Below, one piece after another: positions 38,101-49,739 of a stretch of DNA of 64,000 bases. Each line of letters starts with the position of its first letter. The first letter of the stretch is position 1. Position numbers and translations under genes: made by a program. The notes below the pieces were generated by a model. It did not search any database. It was not told the origin of the DNA and saw only the letters and a list, made by a program, of their open reading frames with translations. Source of the DNA: Macrostomum hystrix (taxonomy: Eukaryota; Animalia; Platyhelminthes); assembly GCA_950097015.1 (NCBI GenBank), contig CATNEN010000001.1, forward strand, positions 20,584,001 through 20,648,000, read 5' to 3'.

Positions 38101-41100
38101 AGTACTCAACAGTATTTTACTGCAGAACAGTCAGATTCTGATCGAGTGCTCACAAATCCCATAAGCGAAAATAGTTTCTAGAGAATCTTCAAGAATCTTC
38201 ATCTATACTTTTCGTCTTTGCCCTCGGGGGGAGAGCGGATGCGAAGGGGTGAAAAGGGTGCTGGATAAAATGCACAGTCGCTGCTCTATGGGGGATATAA
38301 ATATAACTGGGATATTCAGAATACAGCAGTAGCAGGAACTCCAAGTCAGCTCCTGTTCTCACCTACTTCCTGACTCCATGAGCTACACCCAGTCTATCAG
38401 TGAGCAGTTGGGTCTAGGGCATCAACAGCTCGAGAGTCCCGCTATGGTCAGGGCCAGTCAATCAAATTAGCCTCATCCCTTGGACTCGACCGTACTCAAA
38501 TTCGCTTCGGGGCGAAGTGGGCTCTGAAAGAATTCGCTGATAATCCTCTCACTTGAGCACTCACGGTGACTGCTTGCTAAGGGAGTGATAATGCTATGGG
38601 ATAAAATCTTGACTAGACCGGACTATCATCCCATTGTCAGGCATCCGATGATGTTTTATCCGTGACTTTCTATCGAAGCGTCTGAGTTTAAATCAAGTAT
38701 TTGGGCATTGAGTAACAATAGGAGCAAATAGTCTGTGAATTGAAGTGACGCAAAGCCAGTGGCACAGCCGCAGCTATTCTAAGGCGTTGCCAAAGGCTGC
38801 GTACAGCTGTTCAGTCTGTGGACTGGGGCCTGTCACGAAACCCACACAGTTTCTTCCTCAACCATTTGACTCTCGACCTCAAAGAGGGAACAAATAGAGA
38901 TGGGAAGGATTGGATAGAGTGGGAAGGGAATGAATAGAGAGGGAAGGGAATGGATAGAGAGGGAAGGGAATGAATAGAGAGGGAAGGGAATGGATAGAGA
39001 GGGAAGGGAATAGATAGAGGGGGAGAGAGTGGATAGAGTAGGGAAGCAGTGGATAGAGTAGGGAAGCAGTGGAAAGAGTGGGGAAGCAGTGGATAGATTA
39101 GGGAAGCAGTGGATATAGTAGGGAAGCAGTGGATAGAGTGGGGAAGCAGTGGAAAGAGTGGGGAAGCAGTGGATAGAGTGGGGAAGCAGTGGAAAGAGTG
39201 GGGAAGCAGTGGATAGAGTAGGGAAGCAGTGGAAAGAGTGGGGAAGCAGTGGATAGATTAGGGAAGCAGTGGATATAGTAGGGAAGCAGTGGATAGAGTA
39301 GGGAAGCAGTGGATAGAGTGGGGAAGCAGTGGAAAGAGTGGGGAAGCAGTGGATAGAGTAGGGAAGCAGTGGATAGAGTGGGGAAGCAGTGGATAGAGTG
39401 GGGAAGCAGTGGATAGATTAGGGAAGCAGTGGATAGAGTGGGGAAGCAGTGGATAGAAGAGAGTGGATATCTTGACAATGATCAAACTTAAACTATACCC
39501 TGACCTAGTTCGCGTCATTGTTGGACTAAAAATCAAATCTGCTACAATCGCAGATAGAGAAATTTGATAATCCAGTTGAGAACAAAGAATTTTTTGTTTA
39601 ACTTCAAAAGCGATAGCTCAGAGAAGTACTGAATGAAGCTGAGTAGGCTATACAAAATAGTAAAACCGGACACCACACACACACACACACAAAGAATTGA
39701 ATAGGGGAGAACAGAGGGCAGATGCGGATGAGACGGAGGTCCCCAGATTGAAAGACTGGCGAGAACAGTTGAGCAGCTGGCTCAAGTGGAGAATGCTGAA
39801 AGCCGACACTTTGGGATCTCCCTAAGGGGTCCGCTTAGTTCCCCAAAGCTCGCATTGTCGAGCATTATCGCCCAGTCCTGGCCCTGCTTGCTAAGCCGCT
39901 TAGCCAGCCCCATCCACCTGCACGGACTCCAGCCCCGTGAGCACTTTTAGTTGCCATCAGCGGCGTGAAGATTTGCTTCCTGTTTGACTTTTCTGCCTTA
40001 CGGTGAAGTGTCTCTGCTCCTTCGCTTTTATAGTGAAAGAAAGTGCGTCTGCTTGACGAGAAATTCCAGGCCCAACTCGACAGCATTTTAACACCTTTCT
40101 GACTGCCTGGGTGGCTGATACGATGAACTAACTTTCAGATACTCGTATTAACCGATAATCGAGATATTAACCGATTCTTGTCTCGAAGACACTGGTGACA
40201 AGGGGCAACTTTATAACATTGCTCAGTATCTATGGCGAATCCATATTGCTTCAATGCAATAATTAACACTACAATCAAGAAATTAGAGTAAAAATACTAA
40301 AGTAATGCATACTTAGTTGTTACAGTGGAGTCGGGAATCGAACCTCCGACCTTTAAGCTCTAATCAGGCTACGACCCCATCGAGGATAATGAATTATCCT
40401 TTCTATGGGAGTCTTTCTATTGGAGGGTGAGTGGCAGAGGGCACCAAGGTCCCTGAGCTCGATTCCGGGGCGAGGCCACATTCATTTGGGGCGCAGCCGC
40501 GGAGAGAAGGCTTGGGGGCTTGTCGTGCAATTTAAGCCGTTGAGTGCCACACTCCAAGACACAGCGTAGTGTACACTGTCTGACGATGAGAAAGTCAGGT
40601 CAGATGTACACACCTGTGTGAGCGAGTGCCTGCGTATGGTATTTGTGTGCGTGTGTGCTCAGGAGTCAGCGAAATGGGCAGAATTGCCTCCTCGCTGGCT
40701 GGGAGTCTAGTGTCACCGAATGATGTGCCATTTCCTGCAGCCCTCCTGAAATTATTATTATTATTATTATGTGAGTTTAAAGCCCTCTTCGGTATTTCGA
40801 TTCCCTACTCCAATGTAACAATCAGCTGGACACTGAACTCTGCATTGCCTCAGTTCAATCATGAGTTGTTAAAATGCTAGAAACCTGACTGAGTCGTGCA
40901 TTCCACTCCAAGAACCAGATAAAAAAAACTTAAGCGCAAAAAAACTAATTAAGGCATTCGTTTTGTCCACCCCTCCGCCTGGCAGGGTTCTCAGGACTGG
41001 CAGTGGCTGGCTACGCCGTGAACGTGATCGACTTGGCGCCAAACTTCTCAGGCCTAGTGATGGGATTTGCAAATAGTATCAGCACATTCACAGGTGAGGC

Positions 41101-42684
41101 CACATTAGAAATCCTGTTATGTAATAAAAAAAGATCGTTATTTTTTATGTAACGTTATAAAAAGTAACGAAAGTTTATAATAGTCTATTAAGAAATTTTT
41201 AGAGAACAAAAATAAGTAGCAATTTAGGATTTGGTCATTGGCTTCATCTAATCAGGCAGCTAGCAAACGGAGGCAGGAGGCAGGTATGTTCGTTCGCTAT
41301 GTTCCAACTGTCTTCTGAGCAATTTGGGCCGCAAGCAGGTTGGCCAGCAATGTCTAATTTATTTCCGTGTTCCAATTTGGCCTCAAGGGATTAAGGTGAA
41401 TTGACGAATTTCAAGAGCATTTCGGATCTTCCTCAAAGGGGATAATTATTTGGTCAGTGTAGTGGGGTGGGTGAGGGAAATCAAATTCAGATATAGAGGT
41501 CTGAACGTTAAAGTTGTAGAGAATTATTGTCGTGGGAGATTTCTAAAGAGCTCTTTATACTGACGGAAGTAAATCATATTAAATGGTACTAATGTGGCCT
41601 GTTAGACAGAATCCTAACCTGTTAGACAGAATCCTAACCTGTTAGACAGAATCCTAACCTGTTAGACAGAATCCTAACCTGTTAGACAGAATCCTAACCT
41701 GTTAGACAGAATCCTAACCTGTTAGACAGAATCCAAACCTGTTAGACAGAATCCTAACCGATTAGACACAATGGTAACCTGTTAGACAGAATCCTAACCT
41801 GTTATACAGAATCCAAACCTGTTAGACAGAATCCTAACCGGTTAGACAGAATCCTAACCTGTTAGACACAATGATAACCTGTTAGACAGAATCCTAACCT
41901 GTTTGACAGAATCCAAACCTGTTAGACAGAATCCTAACCGGTTAGACACAATCCAAACCTGTTAGACAGAATCCTAACCTGTTAGATGGAATCCTAACCT
42001 GTCAGACAGATAATAACATGTTAGACAGAATCCTAACCTGTTAGACTGAATCCTAACCTGTTAGACGGAATTCTAATCTGTTAGACAGAATACTAATCTG
42101 TTAGACAGAATCCTAACCTGTCAGACAGATAATAACCGGTTAGACACAATGATAACCTGTCAGACAGAATCCTAACCTGTTAGACTGAATCCTAACCTGT
42201 TAGACAGAATCCTAACCTGTCAGACAGATAATAACCGGTTAGACACAATGATAACCTGTCAGACAGAATCCTAACCTGTTAGACTGAATCCTAACCTGTT
42301 AGACAGTATAAGCAAACACAGGTAAATAACCAGTTAGACACCGAAACCAGCTGTTTGAGCAGTCTACTCAATGAGCGCTTGGCTGCTGGCCCACCCGCAG
42401 GCATGATGTCCACAGTGATTGCAGCCATGATAGTCAGAAGCAACGGTGACACGGATCGAGTCAAATTGGAGTGGCAGATTGCTCTGAGCAGCGCAGCGGC
42501 TACTCAACTAATCGCCGGAGCTGTTTACCTGCTGTTCGCCTCTGCTGAGGAGCAGTCTTGGACTTTTGATTCTCCAGACTCGGCTGCCGATGTTCAGTCG
42601 TCGACCAGTGCCTCGGTGGAGCGACGAGCTAGGACTGATCGACATCGGGATCGGGATAGAGAGATAGTCGCTGATGTCTGCTAG
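32200..42684 (+). CDS. SLC17 family, vesicular glutamate transporter-like MFS protein (divergent); exons 32200-33283, 35455-35619, 40986-41093, 42401-42684 (546 aa)
   Basis: KRYLIALL..GMR, RLLQGLAEG, W.P..ERS, GW..VFY.Y, PWKEIF, VPIGGCLADFL, TTIRKL, GFSGLAVAGYAVNVIDLAP match the VGLUT/sialin pattern. Three phase-1 GT-AG introns; 1641 nt. Confidence 0.92.
34972..35310 (+). mobile_element. tRNA-derived SINE (family B)
   Basis: A-box TGGCAGAGCGG, B-box GTTCGATTCC, (ATT)n tail; colinear with the copy at 40421-40770. Confidence 0.85.
36049..38122. repeat. 26-bp minisatellite GAGTACTCAGAACAGTATTTTACTGC, about 80 copies
   Basis: Direct reading; SLC17 intron 2. Confidence 0.97.
38893..39457. repeat. 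20-bp purine-rich minisatellite GGGAAGCAGTGGATAGAGTA
   Basis: Direct reading. Confidence 0.95.
40421..40770 (+). mobile_element. tRNA-derived SINE (family B), second copy
   Basis: Aligns over about 330 bp with 34972-35310, ends in (ATT)n, and retains a 3' segment that is deleted in the other copy. Confidence 0.85.
41598..42340. repeat. 20-bp minisatellite CCTGTTAGACAGAATCCTAA
   Basis: Direct reading; SLC17 intron 3. Confidence 0.95.
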
Positions 42685-42728
42685 AGCTCTGCTGGGGACC
42701 TGTGTTGTCTGTTGTCTTAAAAGTAGGT

Positions 42729-42860
42729 CTGCTGGATGGGGCAAGAGGTATGTACATTGGGGGACTGACTGACTGCAGGACTGCTGGATAAGGCAAGGGG
42801 TATGTACATTGGGGGACTGACTGACTGAAGGACTGCTGGACGGGGCAAGGGTTATGTACC
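42729..42860. repeat. 52-bp tandem repeat x2.5 in presumptive SLC17 3' UTR
   Basis: CTGCTGGA at 42729, 42781 and 42833. Confidence 0.85.
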
Positions 42861-43519
42861 TTGGTGGCTGACTGCATGCTTGGTACATGGTGTGTATGTG
42901 AAGTCCTAAATGTTTTAGTCGTGGACTTATTTTGTACAATTTTGTAAGAATTCACTGGACAATCAATAGCATATCACACATCTCACTAGCTTCTGAGCAA
43001 GTGACAGAGCCCAAGCAATTTCTAGTTTTGCTGCTTCCGTAGAATGTACTTTGCACTGTGACTGGTTTTGTGCCATATTTTGACAGCATACAGGCTAGTT
43101 AGTATGAGCATTAGAGTACTGCGATTTCAAGAATCGTGTAGTTTAAGATACTTCCCCGCACAAAGATAATATCTATTATTATACTCTTAAAACATTTGTC
43201 GTTGTGAAGTTCTGTAAAATGTACTAAATTTAGCTTTCTAAAACTAATTTAGTGGCCAATAAAACTATCAATTAAAAGGCTTGGTTCTGATCTGTTAACA
43301 GACATTGCTCACTCAAAGAATCTGCCAGCTTAGCTTAAGAATAAAAATGGCGGCATATGTGTTTGTTTCGTTACCTATTTATTGCTAAAAAATATATATA
43401 TATACATATATATGTTTTTTATCTATGATCGATACATACTGGTTGAATTCGATAAGTTGGTTAATTAATTATTAGGCAGTCTATGGGATAACTTCATGTG
43501 AATAAGAATGAAAATTCTT

Positions 43520-43955
43520 CGAGTTGGTTGGTTTTGAGAATTTACATAGGGGATTCTCCGAGGTTGGTAGGCTTGGGAATGTACATGTGGAATTCTCCGA
43601 GGTGGTAGGCTTGGGAATGTACGTCGGGGATTCTCAGAGGTTGATTGACTTGAGAATGTACATGGGGGATTCTCCGAGGTTGGTAGGCTTGGGAATGTAC
43701 ATGTGGGATTCTCCGAGGTGGTAGGCTTGGGAATGTACGTCGGGGATTCTCAGAGGTTGATTGGCTTGAGAATGTACATGGGGGATTCTCCGAGATTGGT
43801 AGGTTTGGGAATGTACATGGGAGATTCACCGAGGTTGGTAGGCTTGGGAATGTACATGTGGGATTCTCCGAGGTGGTAGGCTTGGGAATGTACGAGTACG
43901 TGGGGGATTCTCCGAGGTGGTAGGCTTGGGAATGTACGTGGGGGATTCTCCGAGG
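43520..43955. repeat. About 39-40-bp minisatellite GGGGGATTCTCCGAGGTTGGTAGGCTTGGGAATGTACAT
   Basis: Direct reading. Confidence 0.92.
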
Positions 43956-44845
43956 TTATTCCGCTAATGTACATATCGATATTCGAAGGCAGGTTGGCTG
44001 GCGAATGTACATTTATGGTTCTGATTGTATACAAGGTCAATTCATGAAGGTTTCGATAGTGAAATGGAGTTCGACTTTGATAGAAAGAAAAACTAACAAA
44101 GTGATTGAAATACCATACTGACTCCAAGTTTAAATTTGTTCTAAAAGTTTAATAAATAATTCATTAAAACGCAAGCAATACTCTATCAATCTTGATATGA
44201 AATCGTAGCTCAAATTTAGAAAGTCCTGATCTCACACATAGAGTCCAGCATTTTAAGATCCACGAAAGAAATCACATAATAATGGATAGTGCATAATTAA
44301 TCATACCAAATATGATTACACCAATTCAAAATAGCACTATATGAAGGTCAAACACGAATACAGGAAGCATTCGCACCACGAACAACTGTTTCATGCCAAT
44401 AAAGTAAAATAAAATAGCATTGGTTAGAGCTAGAAACAAACATTTTTTCGTAGAATTCAAGTTAAAATTTTAAGGACAGAACAAACTTGATAAATTTATA
44501 ACTTCGTGCAAAAATCCTACCTGTAAAAAGACAAACAAGAAAAAGTCAAAAGCTTGAAACATGCCTTCCCCTTTAAATAGACTTCGATCGATAATAATAG
44601 ATGCTATTTTTAGAAACTCTCGCATGGAATCCCTCTGTTGAACAGCCTTGATCTCAGCCAATAAACTTTTTAATTCCAATTTTTCATTGACATGGTTTGT
44701 GACAAAACTAATAGAATCTAATAAGTTGCATGATAATAATAAAAAGTGCATTCGGACATGGCTAATATATATGAGTATGCAAATCCTTAGCAGAATCCGT
44801 AAACGATACTTCAAATCGTTAAGCTCCCGGCTTAACAGAGAAAGT

Positions 44846-47770
44846 TTATAACGATGACGAAGCATTGGAGTTGTCCTTCATCACATGGACCCTATAGACG
44901 CGGTTCATCTGTTCCAGAAAGATAAAAGTTAGCACGGTGTGCGGACCCAGTCTGAAGTAGTAGGGCGTGAAGCCTTTCCACAGGCTGAGGACGCCTTCCT
45001 GGCGAATCACTTTGGCCAGCACGTCCTGCAGATAAAGTCAACAAAATAGAGGATTTTAAATCTCTCTGTATCCGATTAAGACTACTTGCAGTAGAGCTAT
45101 GAATTTTCGATGCTTATATATTCGAGAGTAGTAGCGAGAGGCAGTGAGCGGTATTAAGCGTTAGCTCGAGAGGTTAGCTAACATGTGAAAACTGCCGATA
45201 TGTATCGAAAAAGACCAAAATAACTTTCTATCTGCTCTACTTAAAAAGAATCAGAATACAAGCGATGATGCAGCCTCACCGTAATGCCGTTAAACTCCGG
45301 CTTTCCGTCAATCATCTTCATATTCTGAATGCGAGTCTTAACAATATCCACTGGCATTGAGGCAGCTGTGGTCACAAGGCCGCTGATCATGCTGGCGCCG
45401 AAGTGGCACAAAATGCCGTCCTGCAAATGCACAGACACACACACTGAGAGAGGAATAAGTTACTGGAGGGTAGGATGGGATGAGAGGGTGGATTCAGAGT
45501 TTTGAAGAGTCAGATTGAGAGACATTGAGATTGGGAGACATTGAGATTGGGAGACATTGAGATTGAGAGACATTGAGATTGGGAGACACTGAGATTGGGA
45601 GACATTGAGATTGGGAGACATTGAGATTGGGAGAGTGAGATTAGGACAGGGTGAGATTATGAGAATAGGAGACAATGAGATCGGGAGACAATAAGTTCAG
45701 GAGGTTCCTAGCGTCAGTAGGAAACCAAAGGATAATAAAATCTGACACAGCAGAAGCCGGCCTCACTAACCTTGAAGTAGCCCGAAGCAATGAGCGCCTG
45801 CTTAGCCTGCGAATAAGTGGCCAGCTGGGCAGCGTTGACCACCATGGCCCTAGCAACGGTTGGCACGCAGCCGCGCCACAGGGTGACGACGCCTTCCTCG
45901 CGCACAATCCTAGCCAGGGCGTTGAACACGCTGGTGTAGCCGCGCCTCTGCTCAGCTGGCAGGCGACCGTCGGCCGTCATGCGGATCAGCGCCACCTCGG
46001 CTGGCGTGCCAACAAAGGCGCCGATGGCGCCAGCTGTCAATCCGATGCCAGCCTTGGCGGCAAACGACGGCGGCTGATTGCTGTTTTTTGCGCTGGCAGC
46101 GTCGAACAGGGCCGTGTACACACCCAGGCGGGTGGTGGTGTAGGTTGCCTGACGCAACAGGCCGGCAGACAGGCCCGAGTACACACCAGTGATGCCTTCA
46201 GCTTTGAGTATGGAGGTCAGGGCGTGGAAGGAGCTGTTGTATAGTCGCTGGGAGCCGCCCATGCCACTGAGCTGCATCCGATTCTTCACTAGGTCCAGCG
46301 GCTGCACAAACAAGGTGGCGGCCATTCTGGGGTGCAGGTTTGGGGTGGTTAGGCTATGCTACTAACAAAATTATCCTCAAACCAATCTACATCTACCCCT
46401 GCCACTGATATACTTTAACAGTACTCCTGCTATCATATTAGTAAAAAACCTACAAAAAAGTATCTGTATTGTGCAAATGGCTAGAATTAATTTGAGTATA
46501 ATTGATGTAATATGGAGGCCTACTGTTAAAATGCTAAACGAACATGCACACTACTTTATGGTTAGATTAGTGAATAGATTTTGTGATTCACAAAGCTTTT
46601 TACTAGGTTCTGAAAAGGTCAAAAGGCAAAAAAGTAACAAATGAATGCCTAGTTTGCATGTTTACCTAATTTTTTTGTTGAAGTTCCATATTGTAGGCCC
46701 TAGTCATAAATTTCTGCTTATATAGCAACACAATAATAATCCTAAATGGTCCAGAAAAAAATAGCCCAGTTGTAAAAGTGATTTCTGATTCCACTAGGTC
46801 TAGGCCAACCAATTCATTTTGAATGCAATTTATTGTGCAACTAGTGATGTATGAAAAAATGGTAGCTAAGCTGGAAGCTTAATTAAAAATAATAGCCAAG
46901 TCAACACATAATTACTATGGAATAGGTATTAGTATTTTTGCTATTAATTACAATTCTAACAGTTAAAGTATATGGAAACAATAGTCTAGAAGAAGGCATG
47001 TACCCTGGAAATTTCCTCAGTATACTTAAGAATTTTGGCATTCTTGTTTGCCTACAAGAAGTGATTTTCTAAGGGGCTTTTAGTGACTAGCATTCATGTT
47101 TAATATTTTTGTAATATTTTTTCAAATTTAAACTAATTAATATATAAATATATAATATTAAAAAATATTTGTCTATGCACTATGGTTAAATTGATCAGTA
47201 AACACTTATAGTCTTTTTATGTGTTTTGCAAGTCTCAGTTTCAATTAAAACAAAAATACTTGCTATTTTCTTTTCTTCTTTAACATTTAAAAATGTTACA
47301 CAAGCATAAATGCTCAAACAATTTGAGCTTATTTATGCCACCTTTCTTATTCTTATCAACATATAAGATTGCTATTGGTAGTGATTGATATAAATTAAAA
47401 GCTCTTGTCTTAATAAAAAAATAGTTATACACCATGAAGAAACACATTCTCATATTATATATTAGAACTACAGGTTCATATACAAAATAGCAAGCAATCT
47501 GCTAAATGAAGGAATGAATGTAGATAATTGCTTAAAATAAATTAGGCCTATAAAACAAAATAAAGTTTTTTCTATAGCATCATAATATATTATTAATACA
47601 TAAAATTTGGCCTTAGACCAATGATTTATCTATATAACTCTCGATATATACTTGGTACTTTTCAAACAATTTACACAATTTATTTAGTATTCTTACCCAG
47701 CTGTTCCTCCAAAAATAAATTTGATAGCATTTGGGATGTCTCTCTTTTCAGTCTTTTGTGGTTGAGCCAT
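44846..47770 (-). CDS. SLC25A11: Mitochondrial 2-oxoglutarate/malate carrier; exons 47770-47697, 46326-45771, 45420-45280, 45025-44846 (316 aa)
   Basis: KFIFGGTAGMAATLFVQPLDLVKNRMQLSG, GLLRQATYTTTRLG, GTPAEVALIRMTADGRLP, SMPVDIVKTRIQ, WKGFTPYYFRLGPHTVLTFIFLEQM; three carrier signatures; phases 2,0,0. Confidence 0.97.
45512..45690. repeat. 16-bp minisatellite GAGATTGGGAGACATT
   Basis: Direct reading; SLC25A11 intron 2. Confidence 0.9.
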
Positions 47771-48573
47771 TGTTAAAAGCAATCCTTTAGAAATACAAGC
47801 CACAGAGAAGATGCAGAACCTATTCGCCTATCGTCTTCGAGAGATGTAGCTGATCCCTTAATGAAAAGTTATGGGCGGATGTTTGATTGACGTCCCTGAC
47901 TCTGATTGCCAAAAAAACGATAAATATGATCACTGTTTAAATATGTGCAACTCAAAAACAAAATACATAACAAAACAAATGCTTTTTCTTGCAATTTTCC
48001 GGCTAACACTTTGACGACTAACTCATTCTCTTGTTAGAAGCATGCAGCGAAATGTAAAAATGTTGGTCACAGACTGTGCCAGCGGTTAAATATTTTTTAC
48101 TTTTATTTTTTCTTGTCAGCGAGCCTTACGAGCGAAATTAAAAACATGTTTATAATGCACAAAATTGTTGTTCTATTTTGTATGCAATGAAGTTTCGAGC
48201 GCAGCCACAGATACTATACGGATAAGAGAAACCAGAGAAAGTGCCTATTGTATGTTTTTCTGTGAAGTAGTATCAGTGTGTACGCTGGGTGAATACAAGC
48301 GATTTATATAAAGTACTAGATAGATAGTACTACCCTAGATAGCTGATTCGCTTTTAAAAGCTTGGTGCTTTTTAGTACCCGGTGGTGCCCCACAGAAAGC
48401 AAATTAATGCTATTTCAGGCAATTCAAAACTCGAACGTAAATGAGTTAACTTAAAATTGTCTATGTGGCAAAGTCATGGTAAACCGCACTGAAATTGCAT
48501 GACATGACAAAGTGATGACCAATTTTTCAAGAAATATAAAATATTTTCCTTGTGTCAACTGGTGGCATGCGTC

Positions 48574-48897
48574 ATGCAGTTTACGTTTCTACAACACGTC
48601 GTGTACTTTATCATGAACCTATTCTCTGTTATAATGTTATTCATCACCTGCCCAATCATCGTTCAAACAATGATGGTGATACGACACAACCTGCTGTGGA
48701 CCATCTTGGGGACGTTGCTGGCGGCTCTCGGCCTAATGATCGCCATTTCTTGTCGGGCGACGGCGCGCATTGGCAAACGGCTGATTGTCTATATGCCGGA
48801 GAGGTACACGAGCGAGTCAATCAAGTCGCTGGATGTTGGCGAGGAGTCGGGGACAAGTAGGAAGAAAATTGGAGCGCAAATCATAGATGATTTTTAA
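48574..48897 (+). CDS. Hypothetical small membrane protein (107 aa, two hydrophobic segments), intronless
   Basis: Non-repetitive ORF, more GC-rich than its AT-rich flanks, with two TM-like stretches and a charged tail. AATAAA overlaps the stop. No recognised family. Confidence 0.5.
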   Translation: MQFTFLQHVVYFIMNLFSVIMLFITCPIIVQTMMVIRHNLLWTILGTLLAALGLMIAISCRATARIGKRLIVYMPERYTSESIKSLDVGEESGTSRKKIGAQIIDDF

Positions 48898-49739
48898 TAA
48901 AACGTTTCTTTCGTGTTTTTTTCAACCTTCTAATTGTGCTTGAGTTGTGTAGTACCAATGACAATGGACTAATTTTCTAAGGCTTTAAAAGGCTGTACAT
49001 AACAGCTCGGCATGCAGTCCGTGCAGAACAAGGGAGGCCGCGACACTCATAAATTTCTACCTCAGCAGATTGTCTTGTAATATAGGATTCTAATTGGTAA
49101 TGGTAATGTAACTTAATGCTTCTTATGTAGGATAACTTCAATTGCTCGAACTAAATTATGTTTGTGCGTGTCTATTACAAGACAATTTATTTGATTTGCT
49201 ACGACTTGCAAGTGCCAAAAACACAGAAAAAATATATAACATGATTAAAATGTCTATTTAACTATTAGAATATCAAAATTGGACATTCAGTTATGAAGAA
49301 TACGGCACTGTTTTGATATCTGATAAATTATACTCGCAGATGTTACGATTGTTGTTGGTGCAGCGTAGCAGAAACAAAATGGAGCGTCTATTATTAAAAC
49401 ATGTAAACATGCTTGTTCTAGAATTGCTAAGATATACTGTATCCAATAAGGCAAAATCTAGCTTAATGTATAGCCCGCAGATTAACACAGTTACAAGTAA
49501 CCACCTGACTGTTGCAAGCAAGTAAAAAATGTGCGTTTGCTGAGAGTTTCATTATCATGCAGAGAAGGAATGCATCGCTTTTCGACTTTGTGAATTAAAA
49601 ACGAGAAAGACTAGTAGGGTGAGATGGAGCTGTAGGAAGAGGGTGAGATAGTAGTGAAGAGAGGTAGAGAGCGTGGGGAGAGAGGAAGAGACAGTGGTAG
49701 AGAGACGGTGAAATAGCGGTGGAGAATGGGAGCGACTGG

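Noticed and set aside
35970-38181. Long ORFs over the 26-bp array, and similar ORFs over the 16-, 15-, 21- and 22-bp arrays
   Set aside because: Open in several frames with the same periodic peptide; intronic or intergenic; no coding signature.
40580-40601. Hammerhead ribozyme core (CTGACGA..GAAA..GTC) in SINE B
   Set aside because: Only 3 nt for stem II, no stem III, CTGAC pairs with GTCAG, and the other copy reads CTGACAA.
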